A stretch of DNA of 64,000 nucleotides, from NCBI GenBank assembly GCA_965261345.1, contig OZ253449.1:640001-704000 (forward strand), given 5' to 3'. Under the pieces are notes generated by a model that did no database searches, was not told the origin of the DNA, and saw only the letters and a list, made by a program, of their open reading frames with translations. This DNA comes from Chloroflexota bacterium. Its GTDB lineage: Bacteria > Chloroflexota > UBA11872 > VXNJ01. How positions within the stretch are numbered: position 1 is the stretch's first letter; every line of letters begins with the position of its first letter. Position numbers and translations under genes: made by a program. This document shows positions 54,356-63,011 of this stretch, piece after piece.

Positions 54356-54706
54356 TTGCAAAAATACGAGATCGTGGCGCTCTTTGAGGCCGCCGCCGAT
54401 GGCATCGAGGCTTCGCCCGAGCAGCTGTCGATGCTCTCCGGGCACGTTACCGCCAATGGCGGATCGATAACTTCGATCCACCAATGGGGCCGGCGACGAC
54501 TGGCCTATGAGATCGACAAGCGTCGCGAAGCGTTCTACGCGCTCTTTAAGGTCGACATCGACCCGCCGGCGATCCAATCGGTCCAGGAGGCCCTCAGGCT
54601 CGAGTCCAACCTGGTTCGATTCCTCTTCGCCAAGGATGAGGGCGGGCTCGGCCCGATTCTCGAAGACGAACATCCCACCGAGACGCGAGCCGACGATGAA
54701 CGATGA
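54356..54706 (+). CDS. rpsF: 30S ribosomal protein S6
   Basis: KYEIV, WGRRRLAYEIDK, LVRFL. Confidence 0.93.
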   Translation: MQKYEIVALFEAAADGIEASPEQLSMLSGHVTANGGSITSIHQWGRRRLAYEIDKRREAFYALFKVDIDPPAIQSVQEALRLESNLVRFLFAKDEGGLGPILEDEHPTETRADDER

Positions 54707-55241
54707 CGGCCGCCCGCGCCGTTCACGCGGGGTCAAGAACATTACCCTGGTCGGTAACCTGGGTTCTGACCCCGACAAACGTTTCACCCAAAACGGGCGT
54801 GAATACTCGAGTTTTTCAATGGCGGTCAACGACAACGTACGCGGGCCCGACGGGCAGTGGACCGAGCATGCCGACTGGTTCCGGATCACCGCCTGGGGGC
54901 GGCTTGCCGAAATCGCCAATCAATACTTGACCCGCGGTTCCCGGATATATGTGTCCGGCCGCTTCCGAACCCGCGATTGGCAGGGCAACGACGGGCAGAC
55001 TCGCACTTCGATGGAGGTCTCGGCGTCCGAACTGCTAATGCTCTCGGGCGATCGCGAATCCAGCTCGGGGGCGCCTCCCGGCCGCGCCTCCCGACCAAGC
55101 TCGGGAGCGGTCGAATCGTGGGAGCGGGCAGGACGGGGACAGTCAACGCAACCGCGCCCGGCCGACTCGCCGCAACCGCGCCCGGCCGACTCGCCGCAAC
55201 CGCGCGAGAAAGAAATCGACATTGACGACCTGCCGTTTTAG
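54696..55241 (+). CDS. ssb: Single-stranded DNA-binding protein
   Basis: [31 protein letters not shown]-terminal DDLPF; ATG 54696. Confidence 0.96.
   Translation: MNDDGRPRRSRGVKNITLVGNLGSDPDKRFTQNGREYSSFSMAVNDNVRGPDGQWTEHADWFRITAWGRLAEIANQYLTRGSRIYVSGRFRTRDWQGNDGQTRTSMEVSASELLMLSGDRESSSGAPPGRASRPSSGAVESWERAGRGQSTQPRPADSPQPRPADSPQPREKEIDIDDLPF
55147..55205. repeat. 24-bp tandem repeat (QPRPADSP) in the SSB linker
   Basis: cgcaaccgcgcccggccgactcgc x2 plus an 11-nt partial copy. Confidence 0.95.
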
Positions 55242-55297
55242 GGCGCCTAAACGGCGCCAGGCAAATCCACCAATCGAATAGAACGGACTTATTAAAT

Positions 55298-55684
55298 ATG
55301 GACAACAGGCCACCTCGCGATAACGCGACCTCCGACCGCGACAGTGATCGCGGGCGAGAACGCGGTGATCGCGGGCGAGAACGCGGTGATCGCGGGCGAG
55401 AACGCGGTGATCGCGGCCGAAGCGGCGAGCGCGAGAACGACAGCCGGGACCAAGCTGACGGACGGCGGCGGCGGCGCGGCGTCATCGGGCACGTGTTTGA
55501 GCCCGGCGAGGACGTGATCCTCGACTACAAGGACGTTGATCGGATCCGCAACTTCCTGGCCCCATCCGGCAAGATACTGGCCCGCCGCCAGACCGGCCTG
55601 GACGCCAAGCAGCAACGTCGCCTGAGCCGGGCGATCAAGCGGGCGCGTTTCCTGGCGCTATTGCCATTTACGCAGCGACGCTGA
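55298..55684 (+). CDS. rpsR: 30S ribosomal protein S18 (Cys-free form) with repetitive N-terminal extension
   Basis: LDYKD, GKILARR.TG, QR.L..AIKRAR.LALLPF. Confidence 0.95.
   Translation: MDNRPPRDNATSDRDSDRGRERGDRGRERGDRGRERGDRGRSGERENDSRDQADGRRRRRGVIGHVFEPGEDVILDYKDVDRIRNFLAPSGKILARRQTGLDAKQQRRLSRAIKRARFLALLPFTQRR
55344..55416. repeat. 21-bp tandem repeat x3.5 (DRGRERG) in the rpsR 5' region
   Basis: gtgatcgcgggcgagaacgcg x3 plus gtgatcgcgg. Confidence 0.95.
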
Positions 55685-55709
55685 GCATACCGGCGGCGTT
55701 CGATCGCAA

Positions 55710-56885
55710 ATGGCGCGAGATCAGGATCGGCCCCACAACAAGAGTCAACTGCGCCGCGAACGCCGCGAGCAGGATCGGGTAGTCCAACGCACTCGGACCG
55801 CTGCTGAGTCAAAGTTGGCCTGGCGGCAATTGCCGCGGGCCCTGTCCAACTGGAATCAGCAGCCCGAGCGGACTCGCACACAGGCCGGCAACAAGCTGGT
55901 CCAGATCTTTGCTTGGATCATCGCCATTGTCCTTGCCGGAATCCTGGGTTGGATGCTCTACTACGCCCGCTTCGGGGTTGCCAACAGCGTCCAGGCTCAG
56001 GTCGGGGAGACCCGCTTTACTCTCCGTCAGCTGGCCGTCGAGCGAGACCTGCAGCGCTGGTGGGCACTGTCTGAGCTCAACCGGCTGGCGACCGCGACTC
56101 CGGAATTTGCCGAATACGAGGGCACAGAGGACACCGATCGGCTGGCTCGCTCCTTTTTTGCCGCCGACGACGTGGCGGTGGACCGGCTGATCAATCGCCA
56201 GTTGTTGTTCGACCAGCTCGTTGGCGATGAGTATCCGGCCCTCACCGAATACCAGGTACTGCTGGCCGAATATGTAAACCTGAGCACGGAATCTGAATTG
56301 GACGGATTGGCCCGGTCAATCGGGGTGGAACCGGAACAATTGACCGCGCATCTGCGGGGGCAGGCGCTGCTTGACCGCGCGGTTGACCAAGCCCGTGCGG
56401 CGGTACCGGTTGAAGCCGATCAGGCTCGATTGCTAATCGTGCGTTCTTCCGACCGCGATTTACTTGAGGGAATCGCGGCGCAATTGGAAGCCGGTGAACG
56501 CGAACGAGTCGTTGCCGAGGATGCCGACGACGAAGCGTATACCGTTTTCGACTTCGGCTGGAGCGTACGCGAACGAGTTGCTCCTGAATACGTTGATTCG
56601 GTGTGGGAGCAACAGGTTGGTTCCACCCAGTTATTTACCGTCGAAGATGCCAGCGATATCCTCTTTTTCATGGAGGAGTTCGAGGTGCTGCGGCCGATTG
56701 ATGCCGACACCCTCGGCGAGTTGCAGGTCCAATCTGAAGACCGGTTCTACATCGGGCTGCGCGGCAGCAGGGAATGGTCGACCGAGGACCTCTCGCCGAC
56801 CGCCGAAACCTGGTTGGAGGACAACGGCATACCGCTCCCGCAGCCTAACGAGCGGGTTACCCAGCACTACGGGATCGCGCTCTAG
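55710..56885 (+). CDS. Membrane-anchored SurA/PrsA-like foldase (divergent parvulin-type)
   Basis: Basic N-terminus, one TM, AQV..TRF, DRLINRQLL, VPVEADQAR, DFGW; acidic exterior domain. Catalytic residues are not evident. Confidence 0.55.
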   Translation: MARDQDRPHNKSQLRRERREQDRVVQRTRTAAESKLAWRQLPRALSNWNQQPERTRTQAGNKLVQIFAWIIAIVLAGILGWMLYYARFGVANSVQAQVGETRFTLRQLAVERDLQRWWALSELNRLATATPEFAEYEGTEDTDRLARSFFAADDVAVDRLINRQLLFDQLVGDEYPALTEYQVLLAEYVNLSTESELDGLARSIGVEPEQLTAHLRGQALLDRAVDQARAAVPVEADQARLLIVRSSDRDLLEGIAAQLEAGERERVVAEDADDEAYTVFDFGWSVRERVAPEYVDSVWEQQVGSTQLFTVEDASDILFFMEEFEVLRPIDADTLGELQVQSEDRFYIGLRGSREWSTEDLSPTAETWLEDNGIPLPQPNERVTQHYGIAL

Positions 56886-56932
56886 CCAGCCCGAATTGGA
56901 GCGCAGATCGGCAATGGCGGCTGCTTGCTAGG

Positions 56933-58237
56933 TCACGGGCGGTTGTGATCGGATCGACTATCTTGCCACTCAAATTGTTGCCGACCGATGGCAACCGTAT
57001 CGCCGGTGACCGCACCAGCCCGCCGCAAAGCGGACATCGCCCCATACCGCTCAAGCTGCCGCCAATACCAGGCGAGGGCTTCTGGTACTGCGAAATTGAC
57101 CCGATCGGTTAGCCTCTCAACTTCCGATCCGGACAATTTGAAGCGCCCGGGGCCGGCCGGCTCGACCATCAATGGACGTGAATCCGCACCTGGGATCAGG
57201 ATCGGCAACTGGTCCGCTGGCAACTTCAGGATCGGTTCTGGAGCCGCCGCCGCCCCGGCGAAGGCGGCCGCCAGCAGCGGGAGTAATCCCTGACCGGTTA
57301 CCGCCGAAATCGGGAACGCCTCGACCCCAATGTCGCTTAGCTGTCGGCGAAAACCGGGCCAGGCACGCTGCGCTGACAACGTGTCAATCTTGTTGGCCGC
57401 CACGATGTGCGGACGCTTGTCCAGCGGGTGCGGCGCCTTGGCCAATTCGGAGCGCACCGTCTGGTAGGAATCAAACGGGTCGCCGGACTCCGTCGACAAA
57501 TCGACCACCTGAATCAGGAATCGGGTGCGCTCGAGATTGCGCAGGAATTCGTCACCTAGACCGTGTCCCAAATGTGACCCGGCAATGAGGCCCGGGGCAT
57601 CGGCAAAAACCAGCTGTTGGTCGCCCAACCGCACGACCCCAAGCACCGGGTGCATGGTGGAAAAAGGGAATGCGGCAACCATCGGGCGGGCAGCCGAAAC
57701 CACCGAGAGCAAAGAGGATTTGCCGGCGTTGGGTTCACCCGCCAACCCGACCTCGGCCATCATCTTCAGCTCCAAGCGGATTCGGCGCGATTGCCCGCGA
57801 TCGCCCTTCAGGGCGATTCGCGGCGTCTGGCGAATCGAACTCTTGAAGTGAGTATTTCCGATCCCGCCGTCGCCGCCGCGGGCCACGATAAGCGTCTGGG
57901 CGGCGGCCGTCAGATCGCCGAGCAGCGAATTGGTTTCCGCGTCGAAAACCACCGTTCCGCAGGGCACCTCCAGCACCATATCCTCGCCCTGGCGGCCACT
58001 GGCCCGATTGCGCCCTCCGGCCCCGCCAGCCGCAGCCGCGAACCGCTTTTCGTGAATGAATTGCAGGAGCGTATTCTCACCGGAGTTGGCCCGCAGGATC
58101 ACGTGCCCGCCACGGCCGCCGTCACCGCCCGCCGGCCCGCCGCGAGGTACGTATTTTTCGCGCCGCAGCCAGGCCGATCCGGCACCGCCGCGTCCCGCTG
58201 TAACGGATATGGTGGCGGAATCAATAAAACTGGTCAT
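56933..58237 (-). CDS. obgE: GTPase ObgE/CgtA
   Basis: FID..., RREKYVPRGGP.GGDGGRGG, GEPNAGKSS, DAPG, NKID, C-terminal OCT domain (G...GDTV.IG). Confidence 0.96.
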   Translation of the reverse strand: MTSFIDSATISVTAGRGGAGSAWLRREKYVPRGGPAGGDGGRGGHVILRANSGENTLLQFIHEKRFAAAAGGAGGRNRASGRQGEDMVLEVPCGTVVFDAETNSLLGDLTAAAQTLIVARGGDGGIGNTHFKSSIRQTPRIALKGDRGQSRRIRLELKMMAEVGLAGEPNAGKSSLLSVVSAARPMVAAFPFSTMHPVLGVVRLGDQQLVFADAPGLIAGSHLGHGLGDEFLRNLERTRFLIQVVDLSTESGDPFDSYQTVRSELAKAPHPLDKRPHIVAANKIDTLSAQRAWPGFRRQLSDIGVEAFPISAVTGQGLLPLLAAAFAGAAAAPEPILKLPADQLPILIPGADSRPLMVEPAGPGRFKLSGSEVERLTDRVNFAVPEALAWYWRQLERYGAMSALRRAGAVTGDTVAIGRQQFEWQDSRSDHNRP

Positions 58238-58645
58238 CGACCGCCTTCGTTATTGGAGGCAATCGGGATGCGAGGCATGTGAGCGACGGCCGAGCGCGCG
58301 CCGCTGCTGCCGAATACCCGCAGCCAGCCATCAGGATTTGAGACCGGGCCGATCATTGGTTGGCGGCCATGATCGACAGCACGCTGTCGATACACGCCCG
58401 CCATTCGAATTTGCATCCGGAACTATTCGCTATAGGCTGGAAATTGAGGCACCATTAAAGGAAATTCTCCGAAGATATCCAAGCGGCTGCGAAAGCGACC
58501 CGGCGCCAGCCCACTGGCTCGCCCCTGGGCCGACCAGCAGAGCGCTGCCGGCAGCATTGGGTCCGAGCCATTGCGTTTGTGGGCGGATTTGGCGGGGGGG
58601 GTTGCCGCCGTCGGGCCAGCCGGCGATAGTCGAGATTGATCGCGG

Positions 58646-59251
58646 GTGCCAGCATCTAGATCCCGGAAAAACGCCGAGTTTCTTTTTGCGGCGGCGGCGG
58701 CTTGTACGACTTGCCCCGGCATGGAGGGGCGCAGACGGGTGCTGTCGTGGTCCAACGGCCCGCTGGCGGCCAGTTTGCTAGTGGTTGCCGAGGCGCCGGG
58801 AGCGCGTGGCGCCGAGCGCACCGGGGTCCCGTTGAGCGGGGACCGGAGCGGGGACAATTTCGATTTACTGCTCGATAGTTGTGGACTGAGTCGGGAACGG
58901 GTTTTTGTCACCAACGCGGTAATTTGCAATCCGCAAAGTCCCAATGGCGCCAATCGCCGCCCGACCCGCACCGAAATCGCCGCCTGTTCGGGTTGGTTGG
59001 CCAAAACGATCGCACTCGTCGATCCGCTGGTGGTTGCGACCCTGGGGACGGTGGCATTGGGCGCCCTGGAGGCCATCTGCCCGCACGGATTGAGCTTGGC
59101 CTACGCGGGCCGGCCACGGGCATGGTTCGGCCGCACCCTGTTTCCGTTGTATCACCCGTCACCAAGAGTTGTAAATTCCCATCGACGCTGGCCCCAGCAG
59201 GTTGCCGACTGGCAACGTTTGGCCCAATTGGTCGAAAATGGCGGCAGTTAG
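58646..59251 (+). CDS. Uracil-DNA glycosylase (family 4/5, 4Fe-4S)
   Basis: CTTC, VVAEAPG, TG.P..GD.SG, TNAVICNP, NR.PT..E...C, YHPSP. Confidence 0.87.
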   Translation: MPASRSRKNAEFLFAAAAACTTCPGMEGRRRVLSWSNGPLAASLLVVAEAPGARGAERTGVPLSGDRSGDNFDLLLDSCGLSRERVFVTNAVICNPQSPNGANRRPTRTEIAACSGWLAKTIALVDPLVVATLGTVALGALEAICPHGLSLAYAGRPRAWFGRTLFPLYHPSPRVVNSHRRWPQQVADWQRLAQLVENGGS

Positions 59252-59290
59252 AAACGTGAATATCTAAAAAACACCGGACGCAGCTACAAA

Positions 59291-59818
59291 TTGAATATCG
59301 AAGATCACATTCGCACCGTTCCCGATTTCCCGATCCCAGGGATATTGTTCAAGGACATAACGCCGCTGCTCCTCAATGGCGCCGCCTTCGCACAGTCAAT
59401 CGCCGAATTGGCCGAACCGTTTAGGGCTGACCCGCCGGATGTAATAGCCGCCGCCGAGGCCCGCGGTTGGATATTTGCCGCCGCGATGGCCCCACTGCTG
59501 GGCAGATGCGGGATCGCCCTGGTGCGAAAACAGGGTAAATTGCCGGCGGCAGCGTTTTCGCACACCTACCAACTTGAATACGGCAGCGCCACCATCGAAA
59601 TGCATCGCGATTCAATTGCCAGCGGCCAACGGGTGCTGTTGGTTGACGATTTGCTGGCAACCGGCGGCACTCTGGCCGCGGTCGAAAAACTCATTTCCCG
59701 GCTCGGCGGGGAAATCATGGGAGCAGCCTTTTTGGTCGAACTGGATTTCCTAAACGGCCGCGACGAGCTAGGTGACTACCCGGTCCACAGCCTGATCCAC
59801 TACGGGGCCGGCGAGTAA
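59291..59818 (+). CDS. apt: Adenine phosphoribosyltransferase
   Basis: PDFP.PGILFKDITPLL, EARG, RK.GKLP, Y.LEYG, VDDLLATGGT. Confidence 0.96.
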   Translation: MNIEDHIRTVPDFPIPGILFKDITPLLLNGAAFAQSIAELAEPFRADPPDVIAAAEARGWIFAAAMAPLLGRCGIALVRKQGKLPAAAFSHTYQLEYGSATIEMHRDSIASGQRVLLVDDLLATGGTLAAVEKLISRLGGEIMGAAFLVELDFLNGRDELGDYPVHSLIHYGAGE

Positions 59819-60928
59819 TCGACCGCCCCGGACAACCCGGGAAACCCAGCGCTGCGGATCGGCGATTTCGTCCATGCTGGGCAGGTTTTGCGGACGCGCC
59901 CAGACCAATTCGAGGCTCCCTGGGATTGAGTTCTCGACCACGAGCTGACAAAAGCGCTCACCCTGGCCGTACTGTTCCAATTTCAGCTCAAGCCCCATCA
60001 GCTTGACTAGCAAGCCGGTGATCAACGAGCGCGACTGGACGCGCGCCTGCATGCGCTGATTTATCAATTGCCAGTTGGGTAGATGGTCCCTGGCAACTCG
60101 GCGCATGACCCAGTTGGCATAGCCTTCAAGCACGCTCATGCAAGCTTGGAGGTCGGCCACAATCGCCCGCTGCTGATCACTGAGGGCGAAAGATAGGATG
60201 CCTGGCCTGTCACCCGGGCCGTCCTGCCCGGACGCCTCGTCCCAGCCGCTGGTGAGAAATCTGGTAACCAGCGAGCGCAGATGCGGAGCAAGCCAGGCGG
60301 CTCGCTCAAATTCCAGGGCGTGGGTCATCTCATGGAGGACTACCCAGCGCCAGAGCTGCTCCCTATCCACCCGTATGCGATCGGCCAACCTGGCCACATT
60401 GGACTCAACTACGAAGGTCGTACCGCCGCCGCCGTATAGCGGAAGGTCAAATTGCCCCAATACCCGCGGGGCCAGAAATCCCAACAGCACGCCGATTTGC
60501 ACGCCGATCGCGGCGCGCGCCAAAGGGTTGGCCATCGCCGGTGAAGAACTCTGCGCCAGCGGTTGCAGCATCTGGGCAAAGCGGGTCAGATTCAAATCTA
60601 TCCAGGCGTCCTGGTCGATTGCCTCGGCGCGCGGTTGGCACTGCCAGTCAACCTGCAGTAATTCGGCGATCTGGTCGGCGCTTTGCCGCCCGGCCGCGTT
60701 GGTCCACAGTCGGTCATAACTGAAATCGGGACCTCGGCGGCGGGTCGCCCGGGCGACCCGCCGGGCCAGCCCGAAGTCAAATAACGAATCGCCGATCCAC
60801 CAGGTTCGCGTTGCCTCGGTCAGCAACCGAGAGGCCGAATAACCCGCCCCCAGCAGCAGCGGCGCCAGTGGCAGCAGGGCCCGTGCCAGCGAAGGGAAGA
60901 TTTCAGGTTTTATTCGTCGACGAACCAA
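59768..60928 (-). CDS. Zinc-dependent metalloprotease (Zincin_2 / DUF2342 family)
   Basis: VLGQFD, V..NV, WVVLHEMTH (HExxH), MSVLEGYANWVM, KLEQY..GE.F, NLPS..EI.DP..W. Confidence 0.82.
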   Translation of the reverse strand: MVRRRIKPEIFPSLARALLPLAPLLLGAGYSASRLLTEATRTWWIGDSLFDFGLARRVARATRRRGPDFSYDRLWTNAAGRQSADQIAELLQVDWQCQPRAEAIDQDAWIDLNLTRFAQMLQPLAQSSSPAMANPLARAAIGVQIGVLLGFLAPRVLGQFDLPLYGGGGTTFVVESNVARLADRIRVDREQLWRWVVLHEMTHALEFERAAWLAPHLRSLVTRFLTSGWDEASGQDGPGDRPGILSFALSDQQRAIVADLQACMSVLEGYANWVMRRVARDHLPNWQLINQRMQARVQSRSLITGLLVKLMGLELKLEQYGQGERFCQLVVENSIPGSLELVWARPQNLPSMDEIADPQRWVSRVVRGGRLLAGPVVDQAVDRVVT

Positions 60929-61182
60929 ATGTGCAGCCGCTGGTGATCGATTTCCATCGGATGGGGCAGATTGTCACGATAGAGCCGTATTCGCAACCGG
61001 CCATCGGCACGCATAAAAACGGTCGCCGAGTAACCCTCTGGATATAGCATGCGGAGGTGTTGCCCGCCGCGTCCGTCCGGAGTTGCCTCCATTTCCCATT
61101 CGCCCGCTACCGGCGGCACGACATACCAATCTCCCTGCGGTAGGTTGGCCGATTGGGCAGTATTGTCTTGGGGCGCAATCAT
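60910..61182 (-). CDS. Hypothetical 90-aa protein
   Basis: Protein-like composition (aromatic, beta-strand pattern); stop overlaps the start of the zincin gene. Confidence 0.5.
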   Translation of the reverse strand: MIAPQDNTAQSANLPQGDWYVVPPVAGEWEMEATPDGRGGQHLRMLYPEGYSATVFMRADGRLRIRLYRDNLPHPMEIDHQRLHIWFVDE

Positions 61183-61214
61183 TGTCAGCTAGTCATTTAG
61201 CAACAGGCAAGATT

Positions 61215-62057
61215 ATGGGCGCCGGTACCAACAATGCAAAAATTTTTGGGCCCCAGATAAGCAAAGCGCGATCCGAAATCGACAACCTGGCAATAGTTAA
61301 CGAGCCGCAGGTGGTGCTCGTTGGGCGGCAACAACTCGTCGACGCCGGAACCGCCCAATTCTTGGCCGAACATGGCCTTGAATGGCAGTCCGACAGCGAC
61401 AGCGCGGGCGAACTTCTGGCCGAGGCCGGTGGGCGGCTTTGCTATATGTCGTTTGGCAAAGGGCGTAAGTCAAATCGCCAGTACCTGGGAAACATCATCG
61501 CCTCGGGCCACGGCAGCGTACTCGAACACGCGGTTTGGAATTTCATTTTCAGCGGCGTTTCACGCTCGTTCACGCACGAACTTATCCGGCATCGAGCCGG
61601 ATTCGGTTACAGTCAGCTCTCCCAGCGTTATGTCAACGCGGCACAGTCCGAGTTCGTCGAACCCTCGGTCATCGCCAACAACCCGAGCGCCCACCGCGTC
61701 TGGTTGGACGCGATCAGCACGGCGCAAAACGCCTACCGCGATCTGGCCAAGATTCTGCGCTCCGAGTTTGCCGACGTAAAGAGTCTCACCCTGCGCCGCA
61801 AGCTCGCCCGCCAGGCCGCCCGCTCGGTCCTGCCAAACGCCACCGAAACCAAGATATTCGTCACCGCCAATGCCCGCGCGCTGCGGCACTTTATCGAACT
61901 GCGCGGCAACGAACACGCCGAGACCGAGATTCGGCAGGTCGCTATCAAGGTGCTGGCGATCATGCAGCGCGAGGCGCCTAACCTGTTTGGCGACTATCGA
62001 CTCGAGCCGTTGCCCGATGGGACCCAACAGGCGGTAACCGACAACCGCAAGGTGTAA
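61215..62057 (+). CDS. thyX: FAD-dependent thymidylate synthase (start uncertain)
   Basis: GRLCYMSF, GHGSVLEH, SRSFTHELIRHR..FGYSQLSQRY, ARSVLPNATET, NARALRHF..LR, EIR. Confidence 0.93.
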   Translation: MGAGTNNAKIFGPQISKARSEIDNLAIVNEPQVVLVGRQQLVDAGTAQFLAEHGLEWQSDSDSAGELLAEAGGRLCYMSFGKGRKSNRQYLGNIIASGHGSVLEHAVWNFIFSGVSRSFTHELIRHRAGFGYSQLSQRYVNAAQSEFVEPSVIANNPSAHRVWLDAISTAQNAYRDLAKILRSEFADVKSLTLRRKLARQAARSVLPNATETKIFVTANARALRHFIELRGNEHAETEIRQVAIKVLAIMQREAPNLFGDYRLEPLPDGTQQAVTDNRKV

Positions 62058-62117
62058 TCGCAATCGACCGCCCGTAATATTGAAGCAATCCAAATTCCCT
62101 AGCAACGAGCCGGTGGC

Positions 62118-63011
62118 GTGAAGGTAATCGCGGTCAACCCGCGCGGGTATTGTCATGGCGTGGTCACCGCCATAACCATGGCGCGGAAGGCCGCCAAGTC
62201 GAGCGACGAGCCGATATACATGCTCGGTCACGTGGTGCATAACGAGCACATGACCAGCGAATTGCAGGATTTGGGGATTGGGCTGATTGATTCAGCCGAC
62301 CGGGTTGCCGGCCTAGATGAAGTCGAACACGGTACCGTCATATTCACTGCCCACGGCGTATCGCCGGCGGTCCGAGCCAAGGTCGCCGCCAAGGGCCTCA
62401 ATTCGCTCGATACAACCTGCGCTGACGTGAAGGTAACTCACGACCTGATCAATGATCTGGCGGACCGCGGATTTGACGTGGTCTACGTGGGACGCAACGG
62501 CCATCCGGAAGCTGATGGATGCCTGGGCGAGGCGCCGGGGCGCGTTCACCTGGTCGAAACCGTCGAAGACGTTGGCAGACTGCAGATTAGCAACCCGCGG
62601 TTGGCGCTCACTACCCAAACGACACTGGGCCTATGGGACACCGCCGCAGTCATCGCCGCGGCCCGCCAAAGATGGCCGCAAATAAAAATTTACAACGAGA
62701 TTTGCCGGGCCACCCAGGATCGCCAGGAAGCGGTGGTGCAGGCCGGGAGGAGTGCCGATCTGGTGGTCGTGGTGGGTTCGAATCGCAGCTCCAATTCGAA
62801 TCGTCTTGTCGAAGTGGTTCGGGAGCGTCTTGGCAAACCGGCCTACCTCGTGGACACGGCCGCCGAACTTTGCGATGAATGGTTCGCCGGAGCCGAAGCG
62901 GTCGCGGTCACCGCCGGGGCTTCAACCCCCTCACCCCTCGGCCGCGAGGTCATAAAAGTGCTTGAAAAATACCAACCGGGCCAGCAAATGCTCTGCGAGC
63001 TGTTGAATTGA
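62118..63011 (+). CDS. ispH: 4-hydroxy-3-methylbut-2-enyl diphosphate reductase
   Basis: PRGYCHGV, VHN, AHGV, DTTC, GHPE, TQTT, IC.ATQ.RQ, SSNS, TAGASTP. Confidence 0.95.
   Translation: MKVIAVNPRGYCHGVVTAITMARKAAKSSDEPIYMLGHVVHNEHMTSELQDLGIGLIDSADRVAGLDEVEHGTVIFTAHGVSPAVRAKVAAKGLNSLDTTCADVKVTHDLINDLADRGFDVVYVGRNGHPEADGCLGEAPGRVHLVETVEDVGRLQISNPRLALTTQTTLGLWDTAAVIAAARQRWPQIKIYNEICRATQDRQEAVVQAGRSADLVVVVGSNRSSNSNRLVEVVRERLGKPAYLVDTAAELCDEWFAGAEAVAVTAGASTPSPLGREVIKVLEKYQPGQQMLCELLN

Noticed and set aside
55344-55416. Short direct repeats (also 21954-22015, 55147-55205, 9785-9850) as a CRISPR array
   Set aside because: The repeats are contiguous with no unique spacers, lie within coding sequence, and no cas genes are present.
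58234-58416. 60-aa ORF overlapping the obgE start (rpmA/L27 position)
   Set aside because: No similarity to L27 or L21 and no other coding signal.
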